Positions 13,959-25,872 of a stretch of DNA of 64,000 nt are shown here, one piece after another. The DNA is from Cystobasidiomycetes sp. EMM_F5 (lineage: Eukaryota), in NCBI GenBank assembly GCA_051047955.1, contig JBPGPT010000004.1:558001-622000 (forward strand). Direction: 5' to 3'. The position numbers and the translations under genes were made by a program. The stretch's first letter is position 1; each line of letters opens with the position of its first letter. The notes under the pieces are model-generated. The model did not search any database. It was not told the DNA's origin and was given only the letters and a program-made list of their open reading frames with translations.

Positions 13959-16003
13959 ATGGCAGCATCCCTGGTCAGCTCAACATCGGTGCAGCTGCCG
14001 GGGGCGCAGCAGTCTGGGTCGCACTCGTTTGAGAATGGATGGAACGGGCAGGCGATATGGAAGCAGCCGGCCAAGCTGCTGGGGCTGCCACGCTCGAGCA
14101 GCGGGAGCTCTGCGGGCTCGGTAGACTGGCTCGCGACTGTGCTCGTCGTCCTCGCGACCCTCCTCGTCCTCGAGCAGTCAGTCTACAGATACAAGAAGAA
14201 GCACCTCCCGGGCGCGAAATGGACAATACCCGTCATTGGAAAGTTTGCGGGTGTGTGGTATTCATTAAAATATTCATATTCCTGCGCCATGGAGCTGACG
14301 GTGTTTGAACAGACTCGCTCAAACCGACAATGCAAAAGTACAAGTCTACCTGGTCGGAACCGCTCAGCGTGGCTTCCGTCTTCAACATGTGAGTGTGCGC
14401 AGTGTATATGCGTGCGGATGGTGTGCTTCGACTGCAAAAAGGCCACACGGCCGACTACTCGCTTATGCCACTGTGTCAGACTCCGACTCAGCCACCACTG
14501 CACGCGCCTCTGCACATCAGACTTGATGTCGAGAAACCCCGCTGACTCTTCGACACGCATGTCAACAGTTTCATCGTCATGGCAGCAGACAACTCGATTG
14601 CTCGCAAGATTCTAAACTCGCCAAACCACGCCGAGCCGTGTCTGGTCGCATCTGCCAAACAGATTTTGATTCCCGAGAATTGGGTATTCTTGGGCGGAAA
14701 GGAGCATGCAGACTATCGCAAAGCTCTCAATATCCTATTTACGCGGAGATCTCTGTCCATCTACCTCAAGATGCAAGAGACCATCTACCGAGAATATTTT
14801 GCGAAATGGCTACAGCGCGACGCCAAAGCCACTGCGACCACCTCGTCAAAGCACATGATGGAGATTCGCGATTTGAATATGGAAACGTCATTACGAGTGT
14901 TTTGCGGAAACTATTTGCCGGCAGAGGCGTGCAAGGAGATTTCAGACAAGTACTGGCTCATCACTCGTGCTCTCGAGCTCGTCAACTTTCCACTGGCTGT
15001 ACCGGGGACAAAGGTGTACAAGGCCATCAAGGCGCGAAAGATTGCCATGAATTGGTTTATGCATTGCTCAGCAGAGTCAAAGAAGCGGATGAAGACGGGC
15101 GTTGAAGCAGAGTGCCTGCTGGATCAGTGGGTAAAGGAGATGCACGAGTACTCGGACTACACCGCTGCGGTTGAGAGGGGGGAACAGCCGTCGGAGAAGC
15201 CTCTGTTGGCTAGAGAGTACTCTGATCACGAAATTGGAATGGTCTTGATGAGGTGGGCGCGTATGGCGTTGATCGGGCAGAGCAAAAGTGACTGATGCGT
15301 ACATTGCCGATTTAGCTTCCTATTTGCATCGCAAGACGCAATGTCCTCTGGCCTCATTTACGCGTTTCAATTCATGGCCGATCATGCAGATGTGGCTGCC
15401 AAGATTCGACAGGAGCAGATGGACGTACGAGCTGGTGACCTTACTAGTCCGTTTACCCTGGAGATGCTCGACCAGTCGCCGTACTTGCGGGCGTTTGTCA
15501 AGGAGACGCTGAGATTGCGACGTGAGTGATTAGACGAATGGAAAGGGTGTTTTAGACTGACTGCTGTATCGAATGCAGCCCCGGTGATTATGGTCCCATA
15601 CTATGCAAAGAAGGCCTTTCCCGTCACGGACAACTATGTCGCTCCGAAAGGCAGCATTGTCATTCCATCCTTTTGGAACTCGCTCCACGACCCGTCGGTG
15701 TACTCTGATCCCGACAGCTTCCTCCCTGAAAGATGGCTGCCCGGCGGACAGGCTGAAAAGAGCGATCCCCGCAACTACCTCGTGTTTGGCAGTGGTCCGC
15801 ACAAGTGCATCGGATACGACTATGCGCTGATGCACATTGCTGCAACGATTGGCACTGCCTCGCTTCTTATGGACTGGCAGCATGACCAGACTCCGCTCTC
15901 CGACGACATTGAGATTATCTGCACCCTGTTCCCCAAGGACGGGTGCAAGTTGCGCTTTTCAAAGAGCGAGCTGGCCGTCAAGCAGGGCGTGGAGATTGCG
16001 TAG
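13959..16003 (+). CDS. ERG5: Cytochrome P450 CYP61, sterol C-22 desaturase
   Basis: LLVLEQSVYRYKKKHLPG, SFLFASQDAMSSG, KETLR and heme motif FGSGPHKCIG. Confidence 0.95.
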
Positions 16004-16711
16004 TGTGTCATTGTCGACGCTGTCGCATATTTAATGTACGTAGTCTGGCTCTTTATGCATTGCACGGTCGCCTGTTGTAGTGTCCTATAATAATCGCTTT
16101 GTGCTATTAATACGAATTAATGCTTGGCGGGTTTGATTAGTCGGTTGTTCCTAATGTCATTACAATCGATTGCAATCCATTTCTAATGCCATTACAATCC
16201 GTCTCTAATCCAATTAGCAATCCATTTCTAATCCAATTACCAATGTCCTTATTTATAACCCGCCCAAGCCTTGTGCCTGAAATCGCAAAGGCTTGGCAGC
16301 TCGCCCAGAAAAAGACATGGCAGCGACGGAAGGGGAGGGAAGGGAATGAGGGAGGGCTGATGGATTGCTTCAGACCAACTATTGAAGACTGAAAGCAACT
16401 AACATCGCCCATTCCTGCACTCTGCTCCCTCGATCAACACAGGTGAGCACCCATCCTCTCCCTCTCCCCGACCCAGTTTCCCCCAAGCAAATCCGACGAG
16501 AATTGAGCGAGCTGGCGAGAAATGGCGGGAACGATAGACTATCCACTAATCGCACGCTCTCTACTGACACTGACCGCCTCGAACTCCCTTTCCACCACTA
16601 TTCTCCCAATCACAACCCTCATTATCAGACTCGGACTAACCATTATTCCCCTATTAATAGACGCGGCAGGCGACATATATCACACGTTGACGCTAGCTGG
16701 TTACCGGCACA

Positions 16712-17627
16712 ATGTCGCAGGAGGCAGTACCGACAGCAGTCCACGCCGTCAAGGCCCAGCAGCAGAGGGGAGGAAGCGCAACCACCCCGTCTTGGCAGTC
16801 CATCGTCCAGGCGTACCACCGCGAGGGAAATGGTGACCGTGACATGCTCATTGCGCTGTTGAATGCAAAGGCAAAGGAAGATGAGAGGTGAGTATTCCCT
16901 GACTCGGTCGAATGCCCTCGCTGAATGGTTCGATCTCGTCAGACTCGCCGCCATTGACGTGCTCCGGGCAGAGCAGCTGCGGGCATACAACAACTACGTG
17001 CAAGCCTGCATCCAGATGGACCCGGCAGTGGTGCAGCAGTACCAGCAGTACCTCGAGCACTACCAGCATCCACAGCCACACGCCCACCCCTCCCACTCTA
17101 TTCCCTTCAACGCCACCTCGCCAAGCCCTTCTTCTCCCGTATCATCCTGTTCAAGGCAATCGTCATCGGAGCCTACTCCATCTTCATCGTCTGCCTCGTC
17201 TTGCACCGAGTCGAATGGCACAAAAGACACCTCTGCTTCCGTGTCGCCAAGGTCGCCCTCGTCGGCCAGAATGGGCGTAGTGGGCCAGCTCAAGCGACGA
17301 AGAGGACAGGAAGAGGATGGTTTGTTCCGTGAACAGTCTGCAACCGTACGCGCAGACAAGATGAAACGGATGCGAACGACTTCAAGCGCATCCACAAGCA
17401 GTGCACGGACGACTGTGACTGCCCCTCACGACCACTCTGTCCGCGAACCACAACCCGAACGAGAGCAGTACAAAATAGCGTCCACGACAACTTCCTCAAA
17501 GACGTCTCTGCGCTATCTCCTGAATGATCAGCTGAGCACCTTTAGTTCAGTAATGACGAGCTCCCATGAATCGGAGCCAACGAGCAGTATCAGACATGCC
17601 ACGAGCGATGTTAGGGGATCGCTGTGA
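16712..17627 (+). CDS. Uncharacterised protein with a short helical N-terminal motif, Ser-rich region and C-terminal SLRYLLN motif
   Basis: Exon 1 (MSQEAVP...SWQSIVQAYHREGNGDRDMLIALLNAKAKEDE) splices via gtgagt...cgtcag to RLAAIDVLRAEQLRAY... of ORF 16863..17627. A probable 5'UTR intron lies at about 16443-16628. Confidence 0.7.
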
Positions 17628-18225
17628 GCGTAATCGCGTACGTGCCATAAAGATGACATGCGCACTCTATGCAAGAAGTGGGGCATTCAGTCGGAAGGTG
17701 TAAAAGAGTCATAAAGGGACAGTCAAAGTAGGACAACCAAGTAGGCAATAGTATCATCGAGGCGCCAAGGTATGCCATCAGTGACTGAAGGCAAACGCGC
17801 GAGAAGTCTTGCAAGATAGTTGGAGTTCTCATCTAGTTTCTTGATTCTTGTTGATCAAACATATTGCGGTGCCATTGTACTGTTGTGTGCAGCAGGCTCT
17901 TCGTAGCTTACCCCAAATTTTGAAAGTCTTTAAGTTCCATCATGCAAAGATCTTGGAGATTTGAGGCGATCGCACATTCTGAATACGGTGGTGCTGTTGC
18001 GCTTGCAAATGAAGCCTTCTGGGATTGTAGACCATACCTTGTCCATAGATCTGCTCAAGCCTATCGCTACATTGTATTATGTTACAATCAAGGGGAGAAG
18101 CGATACTTATATCATTACCGTAGCTACTGTATGCACAACTTGGGCGGCTACACTGAGCTCCATCATGTTATTTCACTCTGCCGGCTCGTATTGAGTTGGT
18201 CCAGAGTCGATTCGTGAAAGAGATG

Positions 18226-19111
18226 TTATGGATGCCTCCTTCGCTCCTTCTCCTTCTCTGCCCGTCGTTCAGCTTCAGCAAGACTGTCTCTCGTACGCCT
18301 CAGGAAGGCTTCTAGAGATGATAATTCGCTATTGTCATTTTGCTGAGCGGTGGTTGCACTCGGTTTTTCAGTACTGCTATTTTGTGCTGATTCGCTGATC
18401 GTTTGACCCGTTTGCCCTGGAAACCTTGAAGAAGGTGAGGAAGTAGGGGAAGGTGGGGAATGTTCTGATGAAGTAGACGTGTAAGAGGATGATGCCGACG
18501 CTGATGTATCGCTCGAAGTTGACTTTTGCGATGAAGGAGAGCCTGTGATGGGGCGCGAAGCATCTACTCTATGTGACGGAAATGTCGTATCATTGATTGA
18601 AGACGAAGAAGTGTTGCTATTCAGCGGTCTAGGAGAAGCGCGTTTCTCGAAATCCCAGCCGCTCGGTCTTGACGAGTAATCTGATTGTGCCGATGCCGGA
18701 CTACGTTGCGAATATGTGGACGCAGACGCAGACGCACTCGAAGCAGTGTACGCATCTTTGGCTATAATAATAACATGCGCGTCAGCAATGCCGAAGTTTG
18801 ATTGCATATGTTTCGTTGCCGCCACTTGGCCGCGTACATTGGTTTCCTGCAGGAGGAGTCCTTGACGTGGTTGCCCTTGGAGGTGATTGATCTCGAGGCT
18901 GGGTGACTGCGCTTTGACTTTTCGCCTCGTTCAGACCTTCAATGAAGCCATCGATGGCTCCGTGCGTCGTGCGAACGAGCGAGTTGAAGACTGGCGAATC
19001 GACGAGCTGTTTCCCGCCTCGTTAACGGCAATGTTGCTCCCGAAGCAAACGATAGCTGACCTTTTGCGTAATGTTCCGAATAAGTTGTTCCCTCAGCGCT
19101 GGCGGAATCAT
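18226..19111 (-). CDS. Hypothetical protein with an Mrx7 (MIOREX component 7)-like N-terminus
   Basis: Spliced MIPPALREQLIRNITQK-LVDSPVFNSLVRTTHGAIDGFIEGL, then the Ser-rich ORF 18226..18825 ending FLRRTRDSLAEAERR. The family call is from motif resemblance only. Confidence 0.5.
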
Positions 19112-19457
19112 GAGTATCTTTGGTTTGAAGACAACCGCCACTATTGGCGATATATGCGAATCATACTGCAACATTGCGAGCAAGAATGGGCAAAAGGCTG
19201 TAGCTTCTGAAACAAGGAAGACGATGGAGTAACCCAAGCTTCCACGGTAGATGCAGAATTGCTAACAAAATGCCCATATATGTGTTACTCCTGCTCGATT
19301 GTAGTGCTATATGATGCTATGATACGTGAATATATGTGTAGACTTTGCTTGATTAGTGGCCAGACTTAACAATGGCTTTTGCTGACGATTTGTAACGTGT
19401 TCTAGACAGATAGGGAAATTTGTTCGTTCGAAAGAAGCGGACGTGGGTATATAGCCT

Positions 19458-22400
19458 TTACAGAATTATCGTGGCCGAAACGAGTACTGCCAGTAATGCA
19501 GCAGCAGTGCCGCTCATAGAAGATCGAAGTCCTGCAGAGTTGACGCCAGTGGCTTGTGCTCGAGCCGATGCAATTTGTTGCTGATTCATGGCGGGCGGAG
19601 ATTGAGTGATGGAGGATACGGTAGATGTGAAGCCATATGGCGTGCCAGCTCCATCCGTTGTGGTGCCGACAACGAGTACGGCAGCGTCCATACTTGTGGG
19701 AACGGACTGTCCTGCTGACAATGTGCTGTACATGGTGGACAAGATAGTATTGCTGATGATGGTCGCTTGAGGGATGACTGTAACTGTCATTGGGCCCGCG
19801 GGCGCTGCTCCGGTCGAAGAAGCGCCTGTACCGGACGCGGCTGCCCCTCCAGTAGTACCAGATGGAGATACTGTCGATGACGCACTCGCTGCCGATCCAG
19901 ATGAGGCACCTGAAGCGCTGCTACCGGTTCCTCCTGTTGAGCTAGGTGCACCTCCAGTAGATGAGGCACCGGATGCACCACTGGTAGCAGATCCACCAGT
20001 TCCTGTAGAGATGCCGCCGGCTCCAGCTGTTACTCCGCTGGACGAGTTTGTAGCGCTTGAAGGCGAAGAAGCTGCTAGAACAACCAAAGTAGTACCTGCG
20101 GGCGTCGCGCCAGACGAGGTAGGTCCAGTAGCAGATACAGCGAGTGTCGTAGGGCCTGTCGTGTTAACTGCCGCTGAGCCGCTGACGGAGCTCGCGCCTG
20201 GTGTAGGCACAATGGCCACTGTCATTCCTGTGATTGAGGTGGCGCCGGTTGCATTGGCAGCCCGAGTCGGTCCAACTAGAACGGTCGTTCCGTTTGAGCC
20301 GGTCAAGGTAGTAAAAGGCGCAAGGGTCACCAAGGTTGATCCGTTAGTAGGCAGTACGGCGAGAGTAGTGCGACTGACGATGGGCGCCGTCGCAGTGTTT
20401 GTTGCGTTGGTTGCTCCGGATGGGGCTACTATCAGCGTCGTTCCAGAAGCGGAGCTCGAAGCACTGGTCGCGTTTGCGCCTGAAGAAGCAGGCGCCACGA
20501 CAATCAAGGTAGTGCCCGCTGGGGCTGCACCCGATGACGTCGGTCCGGTCGCAGAGACGGCAAGTGTCGTTGGTCCTGTGCTGTTTGCAGCTCCCGTAGC
20601 CGCCGAGCCTGCGCCTGCCGTTGGAACAACAGCGACCGTCACTCCCGTAACCGAAGTTGTCGCTGTAGCATTGGCAGCTTGAGCTGACCCGAGAATGACA
20701 GTTGTCCCGTTGGCGCCAGTGGCCGTAGTCAGAGGGGCAAGAGTAACGATTGACGGGCCATTGGTCGGTAGTATCGCAATGGTGGCACGGGTAGGCGTTG
20801 CACTAGATGCACTCGACGATCCGTTGGTTGCACCAGACGGAGCGATCACAATGGTAGTGCCAGAGGCAGAGGTCGTCGCACTTGAGCCATTTGAGGATGC
20901 TGGAGCGATCACTACGAGTGTGGTACCGGCTGGAGCAGCTCCAGAAGTTGTAGACCCGGACGCTGAAACGGCAAGTGTAGTAGGCCCAGTAGCGTTTCCA
21001 GCAGCCGAACCTGTCGCAGCGCTCGCGCCAGCTGTCGGGACAATCGCTACTGTTATGCCTGTGACCGATGTCGTTGCAGTAGCATTCGCAGCTTGCACAG
21101 GTCCAACAATAACGGTCGTCCCATTCGCGCCTGTCACGGTACTCAAAGGTGCCAGTGTCACCAAAGTCGGGCCGTCTGTTGGGAGTACGGCAATTGTAGC
21201 TCGGCTAGGAGATGCGCTCACAGTCAACGTAGACGAATTGCTAGCTCCCGATGGGACTACGGCTATGGTGGTGCCAACGGCCGAACTTGTTGCGCTTAAG
21301 CTAATGGAGGAAGGTTGAGCGATGACTACGAGTGTCGTGCCCGCTGGAGCGGCTACATTGGAAGCCGAAGATGCAGAAACGGCGAGCGTAGTAGGACTAG
21401 TAGCGTTTCCAGCTGCCGAGCCCGTGCCACTGTCACCGCCAGGCGTGGGCACGATGGCAACTGTAATGCCTGTGACAGACGTCGTCGCGGTAGCATTTGC
21501 AGCTTGCACAGGTCCAACAATAACGGTCGTACCATTTGCGCCTGATACGGTGCTTATAGGCGCCAGAGTCAACACAGATGGTCCGTTTGTGGGAAGTACT
21601 GCGACAGTGGCACGGCTAGGCACTGCGCTTGAGCTTGCAAATGCGGAGGGACTGGATGCATTCGTGGCGCCCGAGGGTGCTACCACAAGGGTGGTTCCCG
21701 AAGCTGCTGCTGACGTAATTGCATTCGCTCCAGTGGACGAAGCAGGAGCGACTACTACGAGTGTAGTACCTGCTGGTGCAGCCCCAGCTGAAGTTGGACT
21801 GCTTGCAGAGACAGCAAGTGTGGTTGGCGCAGTACTGTTAGTTGTGGCTGATCCAGTCGATGCCCCCGAATTCGCGCCTGCTGTGGGCACAATCGCCACG
21901 GTGACGCCTGTGACTGATGTAGTCACACTTGCGTTCGCAGCTTGAGCAGGACCGAGAATAACAGTCGTGCCACTCCCACCAGTCACTGTGGAGATTGGAG
22001 CAAGAGTTACAAGACTCGGCCCACTCGTAGGGAGCACCGCGATCGTGGCCGGACCGCCTGCTGTACTGGACGAAGCTGTGGATGCGCCGGATGGTACAAC
22101 TAAAACAGTGGTACCCGCCGCCGAGCTGCTCGCGGATGATGATATGTTGGAAGCGCCAGAGGGGCTAACAACTACAGTAGTTCCACTAGCCGAGCTGCTC
22201 GCACCGGAGGTCGTATTGGTAGCTCCAGACGGAGCAACAACGATTGTCGTCCCAGTCGCGGAGGATGCGGAAGTGGCAGAGGACGAGCCATTCAACGTAG
22301 TGCTAGCGGCACCAGATGGAATAACGATGACGGTAGTCCCACTCGCAGATGATGTAGCACTCGCCGAGGACGACACATTGGAAGCGCCTGATGTTACACC

Positions 22401-23449
22401 GCCGGAAGGTACTACAATGACAGTTGTGCCTGCAGAGCCTGTGACGGTCGTAGATGGGATGGCAGTAACATTACCTGACGTCCCGGTAGGCAGGACAGCA
22501 ACGGTAGTGGCATTGGAACTTGTCGAAGAATTGGAGGATGCAGTGGCAGAGACGGGCACGGTTGTGAGACTACTACCGGATGGGGAAAGTACGATTGTAG
22601 TACCAATTGGCGTGACAATCCCGGCGGTAGGCGTTGATGACAGAATCGCGGTAGAAGTCTCCGCAGCGGAACCTGTGGACGAAGTGGCAGTCAAGCCGAG
22701 AGTGCTGAACGCTAACGAGCCGATAGATTGAGCGACCGAGACTGGAAGCCAATCCGTAGAAATTTCAGCGCCATGGAGCATGCCGGCGGGAAGGGCGCCG
22801 CTTACCTTGCGTGTTTGCAACGGAACTGCTGCAAAATTGCTGACCATAGATAATTGCTTGAGTATAATCATCTCCAATCTGTCATTACAAAGAAGCGTCG
22901 TGTCGGTGAGCATGATACATTCGGGTTGCGAATGTGGGTCGAACTTGCAGACTTACACAGTGGTCTATGGCACATCTGGCGAAGGAAACGTCAATATGGT
23001 ATCCAAGTGTCCTCTCAACAGTTCTGCCTCACTGATTGTACGCTGTGACAAAGTTGCGACTCGAGCACAAGCACGTTACGTAGGAAGCGTCACCAGGATC
23101 ACAATTTGGTGCCAAACCGGGTTGACCGTTCAGACTTGATACGAGAGGAGCAATACACGGTCAGCTATTTTGCTGCAGAGCGGCACATAGAGGCCGTCCA
23201 GGCTTTGCTTTATTGCGTGTAAAGAGGGTGGCGCAAAGACTGACACTTTAGCTTCTGTGATTTTGGTCTGCATACATCGCATAGCGCATCCTGGGGCTCC
23301 TGATTGCTGTAAATATTAACGACACTCAGCTAACATTACTGACTGCGTGCTCTGCGAATACTAACCAGCTGACGCTTTGCCCATGGCGCAGCATTAGAAG
23401 GCCCAATCGAGCCTGCGAGAACGAGGGCGGCAACCACAGAAGGTCGCAT
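19458..23449 (-). CDS. Large secreted CFEM-domain protein with Ser/Thr/Ala/Val repeats and a probable GPI anchor
   Basis: Exon 1 (23449-23366) encodes the signal peptide MRPSVVAALVLAGSIGPSNAAPWAKRQL. Small exons give an 8-Cys CFEM pattern: PGCAMRC...NCDPGDASYVTCLCSSRNFVTAYNQCAIDHCIGDDYTQAIIYGQQFC. The last exon ends in NSAG...AAALLAVLVSATIIL. Confidence 0.85.
20060..22050 (-). repeat. Five coding tandem repeats of about 140 aa (about 420 bp) in the CFEM protein
   Basis: The unit start ATIAVLPT(S/N/D)GP(S/T)LVTLAP recurs 5 times. Each is followed by GTTV(I/L)xGPxQAANA...PTTLAVSA...APAGTTLVV. Confidence 0.9.
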
Positions 23450-24097
23450 AGTTGGCAGCAGCAAGCACAGGAAACAGAGTAAGAGTAACACAGAGCACTT
23501 CGCGAAACCCGCGACAGTTTAGAAGATCCGCTCTCAAATTTCGCCAAATGGACGGCGATGACTCTGGGGTTGCGGGAGCTGATGATGATGTAACGAGGTG
23601 CAAATTTGGAAGGTAAGTGATAGACGATAGCGGGAAGCAGTACTGACACGCAAACAGAGCGTATCCATCGTTCCCAAGTGCTTACTACGCTTCCGCTGCT
23701 ACACGATTCATGTAATCCCCTTGCTCGAAAACTGTTTTTGCGGAGACATCTGGCACAACATCCGCTACAGCTGACGCGCTTCCTTGCTTGCTAAAGTCTT
23801 CCTTTCCAATATATACTACCTCACGCAACACAGATGACCTCGCGCAGGCTGGCACAATCTGAGCCGCACTCGTCTCCATTCCGTTCACCCCTTTCAATGG
23901 CTGAAGGCCGAAACCCGCTGTTCAGGTCAGATGACCAGACAGCCGATGGCTATTTTCCGAACTCGATGACCCCACTTGATGAGGGCAGCCTACGGTGGTC
24001 GTGAAGTTCCCGCTCACATCTGCTCTTCTGCTTTTGCCATCACGTAATCGGGACAAGACACAACACAATCCTCCACAGCGAAACAAGCCTTACAATC

Positions 24098-24391
24098 ATG
24101 CATTCCGCTCAGGTCACTATCTTGCTCTGCGCCTTGCTTGGCTCAGCCTTAAGTCCGCTCATCCGCGCCGCTCCATTGACCATGACTCTAGACAATGGAG
24201 GTCATCCGATCGTAGCAGACGTCTTCGATGTGTCAACGCTCGTCACCGAGACCATTGAGTCGGTAATCAGTCAAGCTGGCAGCGACTGTCAAGACTATTA
24301 CGCTTGCCTTCTATCGCAGGGGGCCGCCACCACCTACACTACAACCTATATGAAGGCTGTACCCACGACTGTCACTCTGAGCGTGCTTTAG
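24098..24391 (+). CDS. Small secreted protein, tandem family copy 1 (97 aa)
   Basis: Intronless ORF with a signal peptide (…LIRA|AP). The mature part is APLTMTLDNGGHPIVADV...CQDYYAC...TTYTTTYMKAVPTTVTLSVL, paralogous to the next two ORFs. Confidence 0.8.
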   Translation: MHSAQVTILLCALLGSALSPLIRAAPLTMTLDNGGHPIVADVFDVSTLVTETIESVISQAGSDCQDYYACLLSQGAATTYTTTYMKAVPTTVTLSVL

Positions 24392-24901
24392 AGCATATTA
24401 TGAAGGGTTTTTCACGAGGGGATTGCTATCACAACCCACGTCAGCTTAACCTCCCTCTCCAAGTAGCCTGGTGTGTCTGTCAGTGGTTGTACGATAGGAG
24501 CCTGGACTCGGAGTCCAGCTCCGCGTCAGTCAGTATCATCTCACATACACTTGAGACAGCGGCAAACATAGCCTCTTTCGCTGCAATTTCGACGGAAGGC
24601 TGATGTGGTTCATAATCACTTTCAAGTCGTATCTTTCTATACACAACCTCACTGAAGCTCATCCACCCCAGAATGAATAGCTTGCGGAAACCGTGCCTTA
24701 TCAGCTGTCTCCACAGTGTCCCCCCTTCGAATGGACCGCGGCCGCAGAGCTGCACCGGTCGGGTGACCGGTCCGCCAATTGGGACAGTCCGGCACCAATG
24801 GTCGGCGCCCATGGTTCCGGCTTTAGGCGGCTCTTCTTTTGTCACCACTACATCGTCTACAGCAAGACACATCGCATTGCAGCACGCGAAGCCTCGGAAG
24901 T

Positions 24902-25186
24902 ATGCGCTCCGCACATTTGAACATCGTACTCTGCGCCTTGCTTGGTCCCGTCGTGAATCTCTCCGTGCGTGCAGCTCCAGTGACAATGACACTAGAGAAC
25001 GCAGGTCAACCGATCATAGCAGACATCTCCGAGGTGTCCTCGCTCATCACCGAGACTGTTCAAGATGTCATTACTCGTAGCGTCTGCCAAGACCCAGATG
25101 CTTGCTATCCAGTGCGCGACTACACTACATACGTCACGACGCACACGAAAGCCACCCCTACCACTATCACTCTCAGCGTACTGTAG
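24902..25186 (+). CDS. Small secreted protein, tandem family copy 2 (94 aa)
   Basis: MRSAHLNIVLCALLG...AAPVTMTLENAGQPIIADI...CQDPDAC...TTYVTTHTKATPTTITLSVL aligns along its full length with copy 1. Confidence 0.8.
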   Translation: MRSAHLNIVLCALLGPVVNLSVRAAPVTMTLENAGQPIIADISEVSSLITETVQDVITRSVCQDPDACYPVRDYTTYVTTHTKATPTTITLSVL

Positions 25187-25647
25187 GACAGCACACATGA
25201 CATGAGGTCTTGACGCGTTGTTAGCATGACAACCCATATTATTGGAACCCCTTCGGCATTTCAGCCTGGTTAGCCAGTGGTTGAGGAACTCGCCTGACCT
25301 CGAGCTCTGTGTCAGGAAATACCTGTAGCTGAAGTATACACCGTCTCCACATCTCCGAACGTCTTCCGCCACATCCGTTCCTGCCGACTGCATGTATCGC
25401 CTGTCTTGCCCATTCCTGGACTCCGAGTCGATACATCCATTGCGCCTCTGGCCTCTCCGCTCCGCTGATCCCTACAGCGGCTCACAGCCTTAAACCTTTG
25501 CCGCACTGGTCGGGTGACCAGACCAGACCAGCCGACGGCTGCAACCCGGAATATCTTACTACGCCCGCTGACGTTGTATATAGGTTAGCATCTCGTTCCC
25601 GCTTACTCCCACTCTTTATCTCTCCCTCACTCAAATACCTGGCTCAA

Positions 25648-25872
25648 ATGTTTCTACTCACAATCATCCTCTCGTTCATGGTCTGCAATCTGCAAACGCA
25701 AGTTCGCGGGATGCCAATTACAAGACTCCTCACCAGCGCAGATCACGCAATCATAGTCGATATATACGATGCGCCATCGCCCGTTACTACGACATTGCGG
25801 GCATCAAACGCGGATATCACCACTACCTTCTTTGAGCAGGTGCCGACTACCCGAACTCTCCATGTATATTGA
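25648..25872 (+). CDS. Small secreted protein, diverged tandem family copy 3 (74 aa)
   Basis: MFLLTIILSFMVC...MPITRLLTSADHAIIVDIYD...TTTFFEQVPTTRTLHVY keeps the family N- and C-terminal motifs but lacks the Cys loop. Confidence 0.6.
   Translation: MFLLTIILSFMVCNLQTQVRGMPITRLLTSADHAIIVDIYDAPSPVTTTLRASNADITTTFFEQVPTTRTLHVY

Noticed and set aside
16522..16836. 104-aa hydrophobic ORF
   Set aside because: It overlaps a probable 5'UTR intron and a better-supported frame starting at 16712.
19774..22731. Long plus-strand ORFs (302, 207, 207 and 254 aa) opposite the CFEM gene
   Set aside because: Antisense shadows of a low-complexity Thr/Ala/Val/Ser repeat that lacks antisense stop codons.
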